Below are positions 26,655 through 39,025 of a stretch of DNA of 64,000 bases, one piece after another. This stretch comes from Camelus dromedarius (taxonomy: Eukaryota), in assembly GCF_036321535.1 (NCBI RefSeq), contig NC_087444.1, positions 5,890,001 through 5,954,000 on the forward strand. Direction: 5' to 3'. The translations under genes and the position numbers were made by a program. The notes beneath the pieces are model-generated. The model made no database searches. It was not told the origin of the DNA and was given only the letters and a program-made list of their open reading frames with translations. Position 1 is the first letter of the stretch. The number at the start of each line of letters is the position of its first letter.

Positions 26655-27420
26655 AATTTTTTTTTCATTGAAGTATAGTTGATTTACAATATTGTATTAA
26701 TTTCACATGGACAGCACAATGATTCAGTATTTTTACAGATTATACTCCATTAAAAGTTATCACAAGATAATGGCTTAGTTCCCTGTGCTATACAACATAC
26801 CCACGGTGCTTTTCTGTTTTATAAATGGTAGTTTGTGTCTCTTAATCCCACTCTCCTGTTTTTCCCCTCCACCCTCCCATCTCCCCATCAGTGACTACTA
26901 GTTTGTTTTCTACACCCGTGAGTCTGCTTCTGTTTTGCACATACATTCATTTGTATTATTTTTTAGATTCCACCTATAAGTGATACACTGTATTTGTCTT
27001 TGACTTATTTCAGTAAGCGTAATNNNNNNNNNNNNNNNNNNNNNNNNNNNNNNNNNNNNNNNNNNNNNNNNNNNNNNNNNNNNNNNNNNNNNNNNNNNNN
27101 NNNNNNNNNNNNNNNNNNNNNNNNNNNNNNNNNNNNNNNNNNNNNNNNNNNNNNNATTTTGGCTTTTGTAAATAGTGCTACTATGAACATTGTACCTTTT
27201 CAAATTAGTGTTTTCATTTTCTTCAATGTATGTATACCCAGCAGTGGAATTGCTGGACCATATGGTAGTTCTATTTTTTACTTTTGTGAGGAAACTCCAC
27301 ACTGTTTTCCATAGAGGCTGCACCAATTTACACTCACACAAACAGGTACAAGGGTTCCCTCTTCTTCACATCCTCTCCAACATTTGTTATTTGTAGATGT
27401 TTGATGACAAGCATTCTGAC
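26655..27420 (-). mobile_element. Lineage-specific (cetartiodactyl/camelid) L1 3' end, 5'-truncated, spanning an N gap
   Basis: T tract followed by attgaagtatagttgatttacaat. The reverse strand encodes CKLVQPLWKTVWSFL, the C-terminus of L1 ORF2. Confidence 0.9.
27024..27155. other. N gap (132 nt) inside an L1
   Basis: Run of n. Confidence 0.99.
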
Positions 27421-29029
27421 AGCTTTAATTGAAGATGATAATGTGGATGAGGACATCTCTAGCTGGACCCTGTGGGAACCCTCTGAGAACCAATGCTCTT
27501 GGCAAGTTGTCTAGGCACTTTGGAAAGGAAGGCCTCTGCTGACTAACGTTTGCTCTAATGATTGGTAACTGCTTTCTCAATTAGCTGACAATAAAAGTTC
27601 CTCCTGACTTTCAATAGGGTAAACCAAAGATGAGAAATCTTTTTCAGTCAAAATTATTTCTTGTATCCAGCATTATGTCAGTTGCCAAAAGGCATCAATA
27701 GAGGTACCTTCTTTCAGCGAGCTTATGAGACCTAGTAGATGTGATGGAAACATGGGCAATGCATGTCCACATCTTGATTATGTGGAGTAGACTACAAAAG
27801 TGCCAAAATTCAGAGGACAGGATGAGCCAGGAAGACTGAAGTGGTCCAGGAAAGCTTTGCAGGAAATGTAGAATGTCAACTGGGCTCTTGAAAGATGGGT
27901 GGGTAGGTCTGGGGTTGAGAACTAGGATATTTCAAATTCCGGCAGGAGCTGGGGACAAGTTGAGCAAAACTGCAGATACAGTAATGAACAAATCACATTT
28001 GTGAAACACTTACATTAATAGCAAAACTGAAGTAAGACCCTCAGGTTGGGATTTGGAAGATAATGTGTTTGAGTGGGGAGGGGTGTTGCCTGGTGAGCTG
28101 CAGGACAGCCCCTCCCCCACTCCACCAGCTATCATCATCAACTTCTACGTGATATTTTATTTTAAAAATGCTTTTTAAAATACTGACCTGGGGTAAGAAT
28201 TCTTCAATTCTTATGAATTTCAATAGTGTTTGTACAAAAGATACAATAAAATGAAAAAAAGTCCAGATTTATTTCATTGCTAATAAAAAATATTTCTCTA
28301 GGGAAACTAAAGAAAATATATACTCCACGTACTAGTCTCTGGTTGCAGCCTTTATGCAGATTATGTTCCAGTCTGATTTAAAAAGTAGTAGGATTTTTAT
28401 CAGTCAGAAGAGACAAAGCTTACAATTAAAACAGTAAGATTTCTCTTTTTATAACAGAGAGAGATAGTGTAATGGAAGAGAGCAGAAGTTCTACTCCATT
28501 CAACCACTCAGTGACCATTGTCAGTATCATAAATTTTCATTTTCATAAAGGCATTTTTACTCTTAACAAACATCATGACTATTGCAAGAATCTTCAGCAA
28601 GCATAAAATAGAGCACAGGACCAAGCAATCAGGAGAGAGGAAGTAATTGAATATTACATCACTGTCTTCCAAAGCCTTACCCAGAGGAGCTCTCACACCT
28701 GGGGGAGCTAGACCACGAGGCCGTGCATCGCTGTGGACCCGCTTTACCAGCCAGGGGGCAGCTGTCGGCCCAAACGGGCCATCTAGTCTCAACACGTGCA
28801 TATCAGTGTGGCCCCTGATATTTCAGGACCCTGGACTATAAGCAAGGATGCTCCTCAGGCAACCAGGTAGTTAGAAACCAGCAGCACTTTGGATAACCGT
28901 ATAGTGGGAACGAACATCTAATGGATCTAAGTAGAACCAGGTAAAATCAAATAGAATAACCTGTGTAAGGCAGGTAGCACAGGGACCAGCACGTATTAAG
29001 TGCTTAATATGTAGCATCATCATGACAGA

Positions 29030-30658
29030 TTCTAAAAACAATAGAAATGTAATAAGGGAACAACATAAACAACTTTATGCAATAAATTCAACAACTGAAA
29101 TGAAATGGACAAATTCCAAGTAAAACATAACTAACCGAAGCTGACAACAAAAAACAGAAAATCAAAACAAAAAATAACCCCATAACTATCATAGAAATTG
29201 AATTCATAAAAAAAAAAAATTTGTACCAAGCAAACTGCAGGCCCAAATGGCTTCACTGGTAAAGTCTATCAAATTTAAGGAAGCAATAATACTAATCTTA
29301 TACAAACTCTTGCAGCAGACAGAACAAGAAGGAACAATTCCCAACTCATTTTATGAGTTCGGCATAATTCTGATACCAAAACCTGACAAATACACTAAAA
29401 GAAAATTTAAAAATAGGCCGGTATCTTCATTAACATAGACCCAAATATCTTTAATAAAATTCCAGTAAAATTTTTTTGAAGAAACTGATGAGCTGATTCT
29501 AAAATATATAAAACTACAAACTGTCTAGAGTAACCAAAATAATCAAGAAAAAGAAAAAATTCAAGGATGCTATTTCACTTCAGGACTTGCTATAAATCTA
29601 CGGTATCAAGACAATAGTATAAAAGTACAGCAACAGGATGGAATCCAGAAACAGTCCCCACGTATAAAGTCAGTTGATTTTTGACCAAGTCATTAAGTCA
29701 GTTCAGTGGGGGAAAGAAAAATCATTTTAACAAACAGTGCTATAACAACTGGATATTTGTAAGAAGAAGAAGGAAAAAAAAAAGAACCTTCATTGCTATC
29801 TTACTTCATACAAAACATTTTTAAAAATTCAAGATGGATTGAAGACCTAAATGTAAAACCTGAAACTATAAGGTTTCTAGGAAAAAAAATCAGAGAATAT
29901 CTCTGTAACCTGGAGTGAAGCAAAATTTCTTGGAAAGAATATTAAAAGCACTAACTAAATTTTAAAAAAACTGATAAGCTGGATTTTATCAAAAATCAAT
30001 AAAGAAGCCAAAATCTAGAAAAAATACTGTATTTACACAAACAAATTTGAAAAATAATTCATATCTTAAATATATAAAGGGTTCCCATAAAACAACAATG
30101 ACAAGATGAATAGCAACTCAAATGGGCAAAATGTGAGACATTTCAGAAAAGAAGACATCAGTCTTCTAACGGGGAATTAGTACACGAAAGGGTGCCCCAA
30201 GTCAGGGAAATGCAAGTCAAACCCTCCGTAAGACTCTACTTCACACTTACTAGAAAATAGCTAAAAATCAAGAAGCCTGGTAACACCAAACGTTGCCAAG
30301 AGTATGGAACAAGTAGAGCTCGCATACACTGCTAGTCGGAGTATGAGAAAATCATTTTGGATAATTGTTTGAAAATCTACATCTGTCCTATGACTCAGCA
30401 ATTTCATTCCTAGATTCTCACCCAGGAGAAATGAAAACATGATTACAGAAGTGCACGGACAAGAATGTTCTCAGCAGCCTTATTTTTATAATAGTCCCAA
30501 ACCAGAGAACACCCAATGTCCATCAGTAAGAGAATGCATAAACGCACTGTGGTCAGTTAATTTAGTGAAAGATATAAGCCATAAAACGACTTGCCTACTG
30601 ACGCCTGCAACAACACGGATGGGTATAAAAAATACTATTTGAACAAATGAAGTCAAAC

Positions 30659-30692
<34 letters not shown>

Positions 30693-30995
30693 GGTAGGGA
30701 TGTGAGAAAGAGAGAGACAGGAAGGGAGAACTGATATTATTTCATTTATATGAAGTCTAGGAATAGCCCATGTCTCTACACATCTACACGTAATATATCC
30801 ATGTGTAATATGGTGGGGGAATGGACTGCCAAGCAACACCAAAGGAATTTTCTGCTGTGAAGGAACTATTCTCTATCTTATTTCAGACTGTAGTTACTAC
30901 AGATGTACACAATTACCAATGCTAATTTAGCTGAACCCAGTATCTGTGCATTGTATTATTGTACGTAAAATGCACTTCATTCAAAAAATTCATAT
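29030..30995 (+). mobile_element. Old L1M ORF2 and 3'UTR, degraded and internally deleted
   Basis: ORF 29247 reads EGTIPNSFYEFGIILIPKPDK (L1 ORF2). The 3'UTR shows ctatatctt...tgtacacaattacc...tgtgcattgtattattgtacgtaaaat. Confidence 0.85.
30662..30690. repeat. (AC)14 microsatellite inside the L1 3'UTR
   Basis: Read directly from the sequence. Confidence 0.95.
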
Positions 30996-33444
30996 GCAAA
31001 ACACATAGAAGAAGAAGCAAAAAAAGTCCATCTCAAAGGTAAGCGTATCTCATCTGGATCCCCTTCTAAGAAATCTTCTGATGGTAAGACCGCTCAAAGA
31101 CTTCATTTCATAAAATATGAGAGCATCTTCCCATTTGTGGGTGGAAACTACATCCGTGAGAAGATGAATCTTATATGTTAAATTAAATAGGACCAAAGGT
31201 CACATCGGCAGTACATCATGCAAGAGAAATCCGGAGAAGCAGATGAGCCATCAGGAGCACTTTTTATGATGTTGTTGGCCTCTTCAATGCTTGTAATCTC
31301 CATGAAATTTTCTTGAAAGCAATGCTTTTAAACAAGCCATATATATCACATATAAGCGTGTACACGAACATACACACACTGTCAGTGCTAAATCGCTGTT
31401 AAAAATAAAGACATATGGAGTGCAGAAATGATGCAAATATAAAGACAGGTATCATGGCTGGGATGCAGAGCTCAGTCATAGTCCTTGGATGAGCCAGACG
31501 TGCAAAACACTGCTCCACACAGGAAGACACAGCCCCGGTAAGCTGCAGGGGCAGTCTGGCCCTTTTGCTGACGCTTGTACTGAAACCCCGGAGCCAAATT
31601 TCAAAAATGTCATCAACTGATTACAAATATTGTTACCACATAATGAGAGTTTCTGTTTCTGCACTTTATGCCTAAATTGCTATTTGAGTATATCTTTACT
31701 TCTCCAAAACAAAAGAGCGTGCACTCAAGGGTGTTATTCCTATGAAAACCTTATAATCATAAGCTGATCTTCCCAGCTGAATCTTTAAAAAATATTGGCG
31801 CTTATAGCTTATGTCAAGTCTATGATGGGTTTGTAATGAAATATTCTATTCCTATTTGCTGTTTTTCCAATCTTTTATGTTTTCTGATGAAATTGCGGGC
31901 TCTTGTCAAATTGAGGTTGTTACTCCATCGATTGGCATGGATATTTAGGCTGAATTGGCAAGTGTGCAACCCTGGATGATTCAGCTCCTTGCCAAATGGC
32001 ATTTAGCTAACTTCTGCATGCATGAAAGGGAGACAGCCTATTATCAGACCAACTTGGTGGAAAAAGGATATATAGTCAGTGTCTAACGCACATATCTAAG
32101 CAGCAATGGGATGCATATGTTTTTCCTCATTCAGAGATGCTCATTCAGTTTATATTGTCGCCATAAGTGTTTCATCATCCAAATGCTCAAATTGTGCATA
32201 ATGACGCCAAATAGCATCGGACCATTCGAGTCGGGCGCTGGGCATCACAGATGTGCTAAACCCGGTTACAGAGGCATGGCTAGAACGTGGTTTCCTTGCC
32301 TCAAGGGGAGAGACTTTTTAGTAACCTTTGCCAAAACTGCCATATACCGTTGTCTCAACAGAGCTCAGAGACTCTTCGTAATTGTGTAGAAGCTCAAAGA
32401 AATCGTATTAGACTATATCAATCTTTCAAGTTTTTTCACGTATATATGCAATGGATATAATTTGGGCCAGCAGTCACAATGTGTATCTTTTTTCTAACAC
32501 CAGTATTTGTTTTACCCTAGGCAATAAGAAATAAGGTGTGAAAAATGGTATGCTCACAGGCAATTAGTGGCTTGAAAAAGGTCTCCTGTTTGCATTCTAG
32601 AAGATCGTTTATCTATAAACTCCAGAATATAAATCATAAGACTCCCAGAGTTCTTATTTATGAAAAGCAAAATTGTTTTGGACAGTTCTTGAAATCTGAA
32701 ATTTGAAAATGGCAAAGTACTAAAAAGTTTCCAGGAAAAATGATATGTGTCCCATATGTGGCACAAACTGAACGAGAGAAACGTATCTGCGATTGCCAAA
32801 AGGGGCTAGCACTCGTAAGACTGTAGGCAAACAAAATGCTAACAAGTTTAATTATTCACAATGGCACGTTTATGGAGAGTATAATGTCGCAATCAATGAT
32901 TACAAGCCCACACAAACAGCATTGTAATAACTCTACAAGGCGTGTTCAGAAGTGAAATAATTTAGAATTTGAAATCAATAGCATTTATAGACATTGGAAA
33001 ATGTCAAATGGAAAATGAATGCCAGTGTTTGTATTCTTTCTGGAGCATTCTCGCTACTCAGATTTTAATTATTCCCTAAAAGATTTCCTAGTACCTGAAA
33101 GCGAAAGCAAACATTTGCCCTTTCGTGTCTCAATTAACTCCTTCAACGGATTTAGATTTGTCAGGGAATTGTTCCATACCCAGGCAAGTGACAAGGCTTC
33201 GGGAGAATTAAGGTTTTTGCCGGATTTTCTTTCCCCTTTAGCCTATGCCCCTGCTTTTGGCTTCTCTCCCTCATGACCGTCTCAGCCTCCTACCTCACAG
33301 TGTTTTTGTTTCCTCTGTTTCACATCACTCTTTGCTAGCACTTCAAAATAAAGGCTTCGGTGCAGACACTTTCTACCACAAGATATTACTTTGGTAAATT
33401 CACAAAGTAAAACACTCCTTACAATTAAAAATAAAAGAAATTGT

Positions 33445-33538
33445 GTGGGGCTATATATGGAAATGCTATGTACTATCTTTTCAACTTTTCTGTGAACCTA
33501 AAATCAGTGCAGAACAAAAAGTTTGTTTTAAAAAAAAG
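33445..33538 (+). mobile_element. Short 5'-truncated L1M 3' end
   Basis: atatggaaatgctatgtactatcttttcaacttttctgtgaacctaaaa...aaaagtttgttttaaaaaaa. Confidence 0.75.
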
Positions 33539-33714
33539 GATCCCTTATACAATGCTTGGATTCTTCCCACTCTTACAAAAATAGTTTGCCTGTATTATTT
33601 GGCAAAAACAGAGACACAAGCTTGTCAACACTGGAACCAGTTTTTTACGAACAGCATTTATAGTCCCCTTTATTAATTGCCATTTCCAATTAAGAAATAA
33701 TAGCAATAATAATG

Positions 33715-33900
33715 GTTATCTTATATTGAACTAATATATGAAAAGCACTGATTTAAGGCTCTTACTTAAATTATTTCATTTAAATGTCAGGAAATCCTTA
33801 GAAGCTATTACTTTTGATGCTCAAAATGGTTAAATATCCTGCCCTGGTAACAGTAACAGAAAGATCTTAGATTCCACACTAATCTATTGACTCCCCAATC
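33715..33900 (-). mobile_element. MIR SINE (diverged)
   Basis: aagcactgatttaaggctcttac...atttcatttaaat...ggttaaatatcctgccc. Confidence 0.6.
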
Positions 33901-34415
33901 AGTGCTGCTTTCCACATCGCCTCACTTCAAAAAGTTAACATTTGTATATACTTCTGTTCACATAATACGGTTCCAGGCACTGTGCGAGGCTACTTGTAGG
34001 AATACTCAAAAATAACCCTGGAAACAAGCTGCTATTAGTCCTAAAAATGAAAAGAAACACCCTGACATTTGCTAGTAAAAGCTGTTCTGGTTATGAAAGC
34101 ATTTCACCGTCAATTCTAGTCTTTGCTGACACTTCTTCAGGTTACTGAGTAAAAAAAAATAGATGTATTTAGCCATTTCTCCATTGACGGAGTGAAGCCC
34201 AATCACCTAATGCATCACCAAATTACCTACCAGCTGAAAATGCAAGAGCAGAAAGTTTCATTTCAGGTTACTCCAGAAACTATGGCAACGAGGCTGTTTG
34301 GCAGTCAAAGGGTGTAAAATCCAGATTAGATAGATGGATATATTTACATATTCATTTTTACATTAAACAGAGTGGATGACACATCCCTGTATAAAACCTA
34401 TTATTTAAACACTTC

Positions 34416-34524
34416 AAGTGAGAAGTGTTAAAATAAATGGCTCATGACTTATGAAGTGTTAAAATAAACGTTTATTTCAACACTACACATGTCATAAACC
34501 ATTTATTTCAACACTTTCTACTTC
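34416..34524. repeat. Imperfect palindrome of about 109 bp centred on CG at 34469-34470
   Basis: Left arm agaagtgttaaaataaatggctcatgacttatgaagtgttaaaataaa pairs with right arm tttatttcaacactacacatgtcataaaccatttatttcaacactttct. Confidence 0.9.
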
Positions 34525-34954
34525 AGAAGACTCACTCAGACAAAAAGAAAAGATTTCATTTGCTGAGAGTAGGCCAAGAGGCCAAGACACAGAGGCTGAA
34601 ATCGGAGTTTTGATGCTGGAGCCCTTGGTCTGGAGAGGCTAGATCAGAAGGCGTGACGGGAGGTTCGACGCTTCACACCTGGTCGGAGCTCCAGGGTTGT
34701 GGTTAGCCCTCCATCGACAGCACCCACACTGGCTTCATTGAGACGCCACATTTGTCTAAACTAATTTTGAGACTTCAAGGCAGGCCTGAGCATCAAATTG
34801 CAAATTTAATGTACTGTTTGAGAGTATTTCTACAAAGAAAACATATGTTCTATTTCATGTCTCCACTTATTAGAAGAATCTGACACAACCCGAACTCTCC
34901 AGGAAACAAAGCTTCCACGAATAAATGCAGGGTTTCATCAGCACAATTAAGTTT

Positions 34955-35150
34955 ATACTGCACTTCTCGTGTGCCAAGCTCTTTTCTAAGTGCTGTACAA
35001 ATATCAACGGATTTAATGCTCCCAAGAACTTGGAGAGGTGGGGGCTTTTATTCCTCCCATTTTTTCCAGATGAGGAAACTGAGGTACAAAATGCTTAAGT
35101 AACCTATCCAAGAGAAGCTAGTACGTGGTGGCACCAGAAATGCACCCCAC
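34955..35150 (-). mobile_element. MIR SINE
   Basis: cccatttttttccagatgaggaaactgaggtac...aagtaacctatccaag core. Confidence 0.85.
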
Positions 35151-35628
35151 GCAGTTAGCACCAGTGTCCTTGCTCCTCGTCCCTGAGCTGGGCTGCTGCC
35201 TCAGAAAGAGGACAGCAGACTGTGTCACACCACGGTCTAGAAGGTATGTGAGCTTGAGACATCGTCACGTTCATCACTTCATCTTCAGGCAGGGCCAGCC
35301 TAGATAGGTGAAAATGTCTCTCCTTTGTAAATAAGATAGCCAAACAAAATTCGTGATGTTTCTATAGGAAATTAATATTGACTGATGACAGTTAACTATG
35401 GATTCTTTCATTTTGTCTATTTTAAGGTTTTATCTTCCCACAAAAGTTTGAGTGTCTATCATTAAAATGAGAATGTCTGATAGTGACTGAATTATTTCTC
35501 TCCAGGATCTTTCTATGGCCTGTTGATAAAAATGCTGGTAAATGCTTCCATTTTTAAGCAAATCCAACAGCCGTATACTTCATATTCTGAAGCCCTCTCT
35601 GGGGTCTCTTTTATAACGTCGCTAGTCC

Positions 35629-35774
35629 NNNNNNNNNNNNNNNNNNNNNNNNNNNNNNNNNNNNNNNNNNNNNNNNNNNNNNNNNNNNNNNNNNNNNNNN
35701 NNNNNNNNNNNNNNNNNNNNNNNNNNNNNNNNNNNNNNNNNNNNNNNNNNNNNNNNNNNNNNNNNNNNNNNNNN
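35629..35774. other. N gap (146 nt)
   Basis: Run of n. Confidence 0.99.
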
Positions 35775-36214
35775 GCAATCTCAAGGCCAAACACTGATAA
35801 AAAGAAGTCAGGAGACTGAGGGCACTGTGACGTGTTAAGAACATACTTTTAACCTACTATAATGTAAAAAAAAAAAACACACATTCTAAGAGAGGTCATT
35901 AAAGGGGTATTTCGCATTTCAAAAGAGAAAACTAAAGGGTAGTGAAATCATGAAATGTATTTCACAAAAAAGAGGCATAGGATTTTTTTGAAATAATAAG
36001 TTGGTATATTAAGCCATATTATATACTAATATTTATAAAATCTGCATTTGATGTGTTACTATTGGAACATAGATTAAATAATATAATTTTGATATTCATT
36101 TATCATATATTTCATATAATAGTTGAATGAGATTTTTTTATAAGTGATACCTGATTTTTAAGACCTATTATTGAGAGCAAATTTTATTATTTACAACTGG
36201 AACTAAAATAAAGA

Positions 36215-36345
36215 CTATATGTATATATACACATACATGTGTACATGTATATGTGTATGTATGTATAACTGTGTGTGTGTATATATAGTGTGTATATATG
36301 TAAAATGTATAGTGTGTACACACACACACATACATGTATATAGTA
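36215..36345. repeat. TA/TG/CA low-complexity tract
   Basis: Alternating purine-pyrimidine tracts, read directly. Confidence 0.8.
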
Positions 36346-36837
36346 TCTGAGTATGAATATCTTACCAGCTTTTCCTCAATTTAAGAAAAGTTCCAAACCA
36401 TCACCCGGAAGACAAAATTTGAATTAAAAATGAATTTTTATATAATTCAAGCTATACATTTAAAGTACTCAAACATCTCTGTTCATTAAATCAGCAGACA
36501 TTTCTTGAACGCTATCATGTAGCCACAGCGTTTGGAGGCAGTGATTTAACTCACTTTAATACCTGCTCACGGCTCCGGGGGACCTGGGCCAACGCCATGG
36601 CGCTCAGAGGAGGTGCAGTGCCCTTGGCTTGCCGGGGTCACCTCTAATTGAAGGTGCCGGGCTGAGTCCTAGAAGGTAAGTGGCCTTCTAGACGGCAGAG
36701 AAAGGAATGACAGAACTGCGTGAGCCAAAAGTCACAGATCTGGAAGTCCCTGGAACATGGGGCAGGTAGAAAGCCTAGAGTAAAGGGTAGGTGAGGAGGG
36801 ACGGCGAGGAGACAAGTCTGGGAGGAGAGTGCGGCAG

Positions 36838-37330
36838 GAATTTCTGCGACCGCCCCCCCCCCCCCCCCCCCCCCCCCCCCCGTCTCAGCTCCTCGCCAGT
36901 CCCACGGCAGCCCTCATTCCAGGCAGGAAGGCGCAGGCCCACTGCACGTTCTGCTAGGCGTCCTTTTGCTCCGTGCCCCGGGGCCGCTGCCAGCTGGCGA
37001 GCGCCTCCCAGGCCTGTGGGGCCGCCCCCACGGGCGTGCAGAGCATTTAGAATGCCCCCCGCAGCCCTCGGGGAGGGGGGACATGAGCTGGGTTAAAGGC
37101 TTCTGCTCTCCAGCCTTCGGGGGAAGGTCAGCGAGGCCTTCTGCCTTCTCTGTACTTCGCGGGAGTTTGCAACTGTGGTCTCAAAATCACACTCTTAACT
37201 TGGCCTTTGCTTCTTTGGCTGATGCCTGCCCCCCATCCAAGCCTGCCTCCTGCGATCAACTCCCAAATAAACGACCTGCGTCCAAGACTTTGTCTCAGGT
37301 TTGGCTTTCAGAAGAACTCAAACAGAGACA
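36838..37330 (+). mobile_element. ERVL-family solo LTR (LTR33-like), CpG-rich
   Basis: AATAAA at 37266-37271 is followed by ...ttgtctcaggtttggctttcagaagaactcaaacagagaca, the typical LTR33-clade 3' end. The length is about 490 bp. Confidence 0.7.
36853..36881. repeat. Poly-C tract of 29 nt (G29 in the DPYD pre-mRNA)
   Basis: Counted directly. Confidence 0.9.
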
Positions 37331-37984
37331 CTGGGACAGAACGGGGCCAGTCTGTGAAGGGTCCTGTGCTCCACTCTCAGCGTTTTGGACTTTTTCTTAC
37401 AGGAATGGGAAGGCTTCTGAGAATTTAGAGCAGATCAGATGATATTTTAGACTTTATAAATGGTTGCAGTATTAAATAAGGATTAAAAGGAGAAGAAAGT
37501 GAAAGTGAAGAGATTATTAAAAGGTCATTTGAGAATTAAGTCTGTAAGTACAAGGGCTTGGGCTAAATCAAAGTTATCGAGATAAAAAATGAGAGAAGAA
37601 TTCTGTCACATTCAGGGATGGACCGTATAGGACCTTGTGATTAATTTTATATACAGAGTAAGAGGCTGGGAGGTCTCAAGAAGACTCGGAGGTTAAGTTA
37701 TTAACTATGATGCTTTTTAAAGTTTGAAGAGAATAAGAATTTGGATTTAGGTCAGTACCTGAGGTTACGTAGGTGGAAAACATCTCAGCCACTCAGGAAC
37801 ACAGAACACGGTCCATTATTTATATTCTGGTCTGCCAGGCACAGCGCACTGTGCAGTTGGGATTCTGTAAAAGTCTTATTTATATATAGTAGCCTAGAGC
37901 TGAAAAAGGGTGTGACAGTGTTGACTACTGGAAAGCACTTGCTAAAATGTTGTCCACTTGAAAAAGCATCTATGGATTTTAGGG

Positions 37985-38150
37985 TCATGAAACCTCAGTA
38001 TAAATTCTGCATTCTTCTCGTAATAGCAGCCATGAGCTGGATTTTAATCACTCTAAAAATAAAGCTAACAACACCTACCTCATAAGGTTGTTGTAAGAAT
38101 CAAGCGAAGTTCTGAAAAGGCTTTCAAACAGTAAAAGCGTTACATAAATA
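37985..38150 (+). mobile_element. MIR SINE
   Basis: ctctaaaaataaagctaacaacacctacctcataaggttgttgtaagaatcaag. Confidence 0.75.
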
Positions 38151-38813
38151 TAGTTACCAGATCATTTTTAAAATAGCTTTGGAAATTGATGGATATATAG
38201 CAACATGGATTCTGAAGTTTCTAATGAGTACGATGATGATGATGAAAGCTAAGATTTATCACCCTTATTGTACATGCTAGCTACATCTTTAAGTTCTTTT
38301 ATAATTATTATCCCTTCATGATGATGGCAGAAGTTGGAGTGATAGAAAGACCAGTGAACCAAGGACCCAAGTCTTCAATTAAGGGGGGACACTGACTAAA
38401 GGATGAGGTCAGGTGGCTCAAGTGATCCCCGAGGCAAGGTCAGGGCAAAAAGTCAAGGTGGTGTAATGAAGGCGAGGACGTCACAGAACGGGGACTGAAG
38501 AATGCACAACAGTAATTTGGAAGGAGCAGTAAAATAACAAAATACTTACATGAACATCATTAAAACTCTACTAGCTTTAACTCTTGCTTTCTGTTCTCAT
38601 CTTTTCCCCGTATCTGTCCAAGGCTAGCCAGACTGAAATGGAAATGATGCGGACAACGGCATATATAACCAGATACGTATGCACACATAGCTCTACACAT
38701 ACATAAAGTTGTCTTTCATCCCTGTCATTCTTGGCAGATAAAACACTATAATCATTTTATAGTTGAATCGCATATAATGCAATGAAAGGTCTTCACAGGA
38801 AAAAAAAAATATT

Positions 38814-39025
38814 NNNNNNNNNNNNNNNNNNNNNNNNNNNNNNNNNNNNNNNNNNNNNNNNNNNNNNNNNNNNNNNNNNNNNNNNNNNNNNNNNNNNNNN
38901 NNNNNNNNNNNNNNNNNNNNNNNNNNNNNNNNNNNNNNNNNNNNNNNNNNNNNNNNNNNNNNNNNNNNNNNNNNNNNNNNNNNNNNNNNNNNNNNNNNNN
39001 NNNNNNNNNNNNNNNNNNNNNNNNN
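38814..39025. other. N gap (212 nt)
   Basis: Run of n. Confidence 0.99.

Larger units (their letters stand above)
36480..37780 (-). mobile_element. L2 LINE fragments interrupted by an LTR
   Basis: cagcagacatttcttgaacgctatcatgtagcc at about 36490, and ttggactttttcttacaggaatgggaagg...gagcag after 37380. Confidence 0.55.

Noticed and set aside
26655-26680. Loss of a polyadenylation signal in a sense-oriented L1 tail
   Set aside because: I am not sure the consensus of this L1 family has AATAAA at this position, so no loss can be claimed.
35460-35830. Coding-looking sequence flanking the 146-nt gap (possible pseudogene or exon, plus-strand acceptor at 35504-35505)
   Set aside because: I recognised no protein in any frame, most frames have stops, and the gap hides the middle. 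A BLASTX after gap closure would settle it.
36791-37442. Proline-rich ORFs and a gene-associated CpG island promoter
   Set aside because: The poly-Pro comes from the C29 tract, and the GC-rich sequence is explained by an LTR. It is reported as an LTR finding instead.
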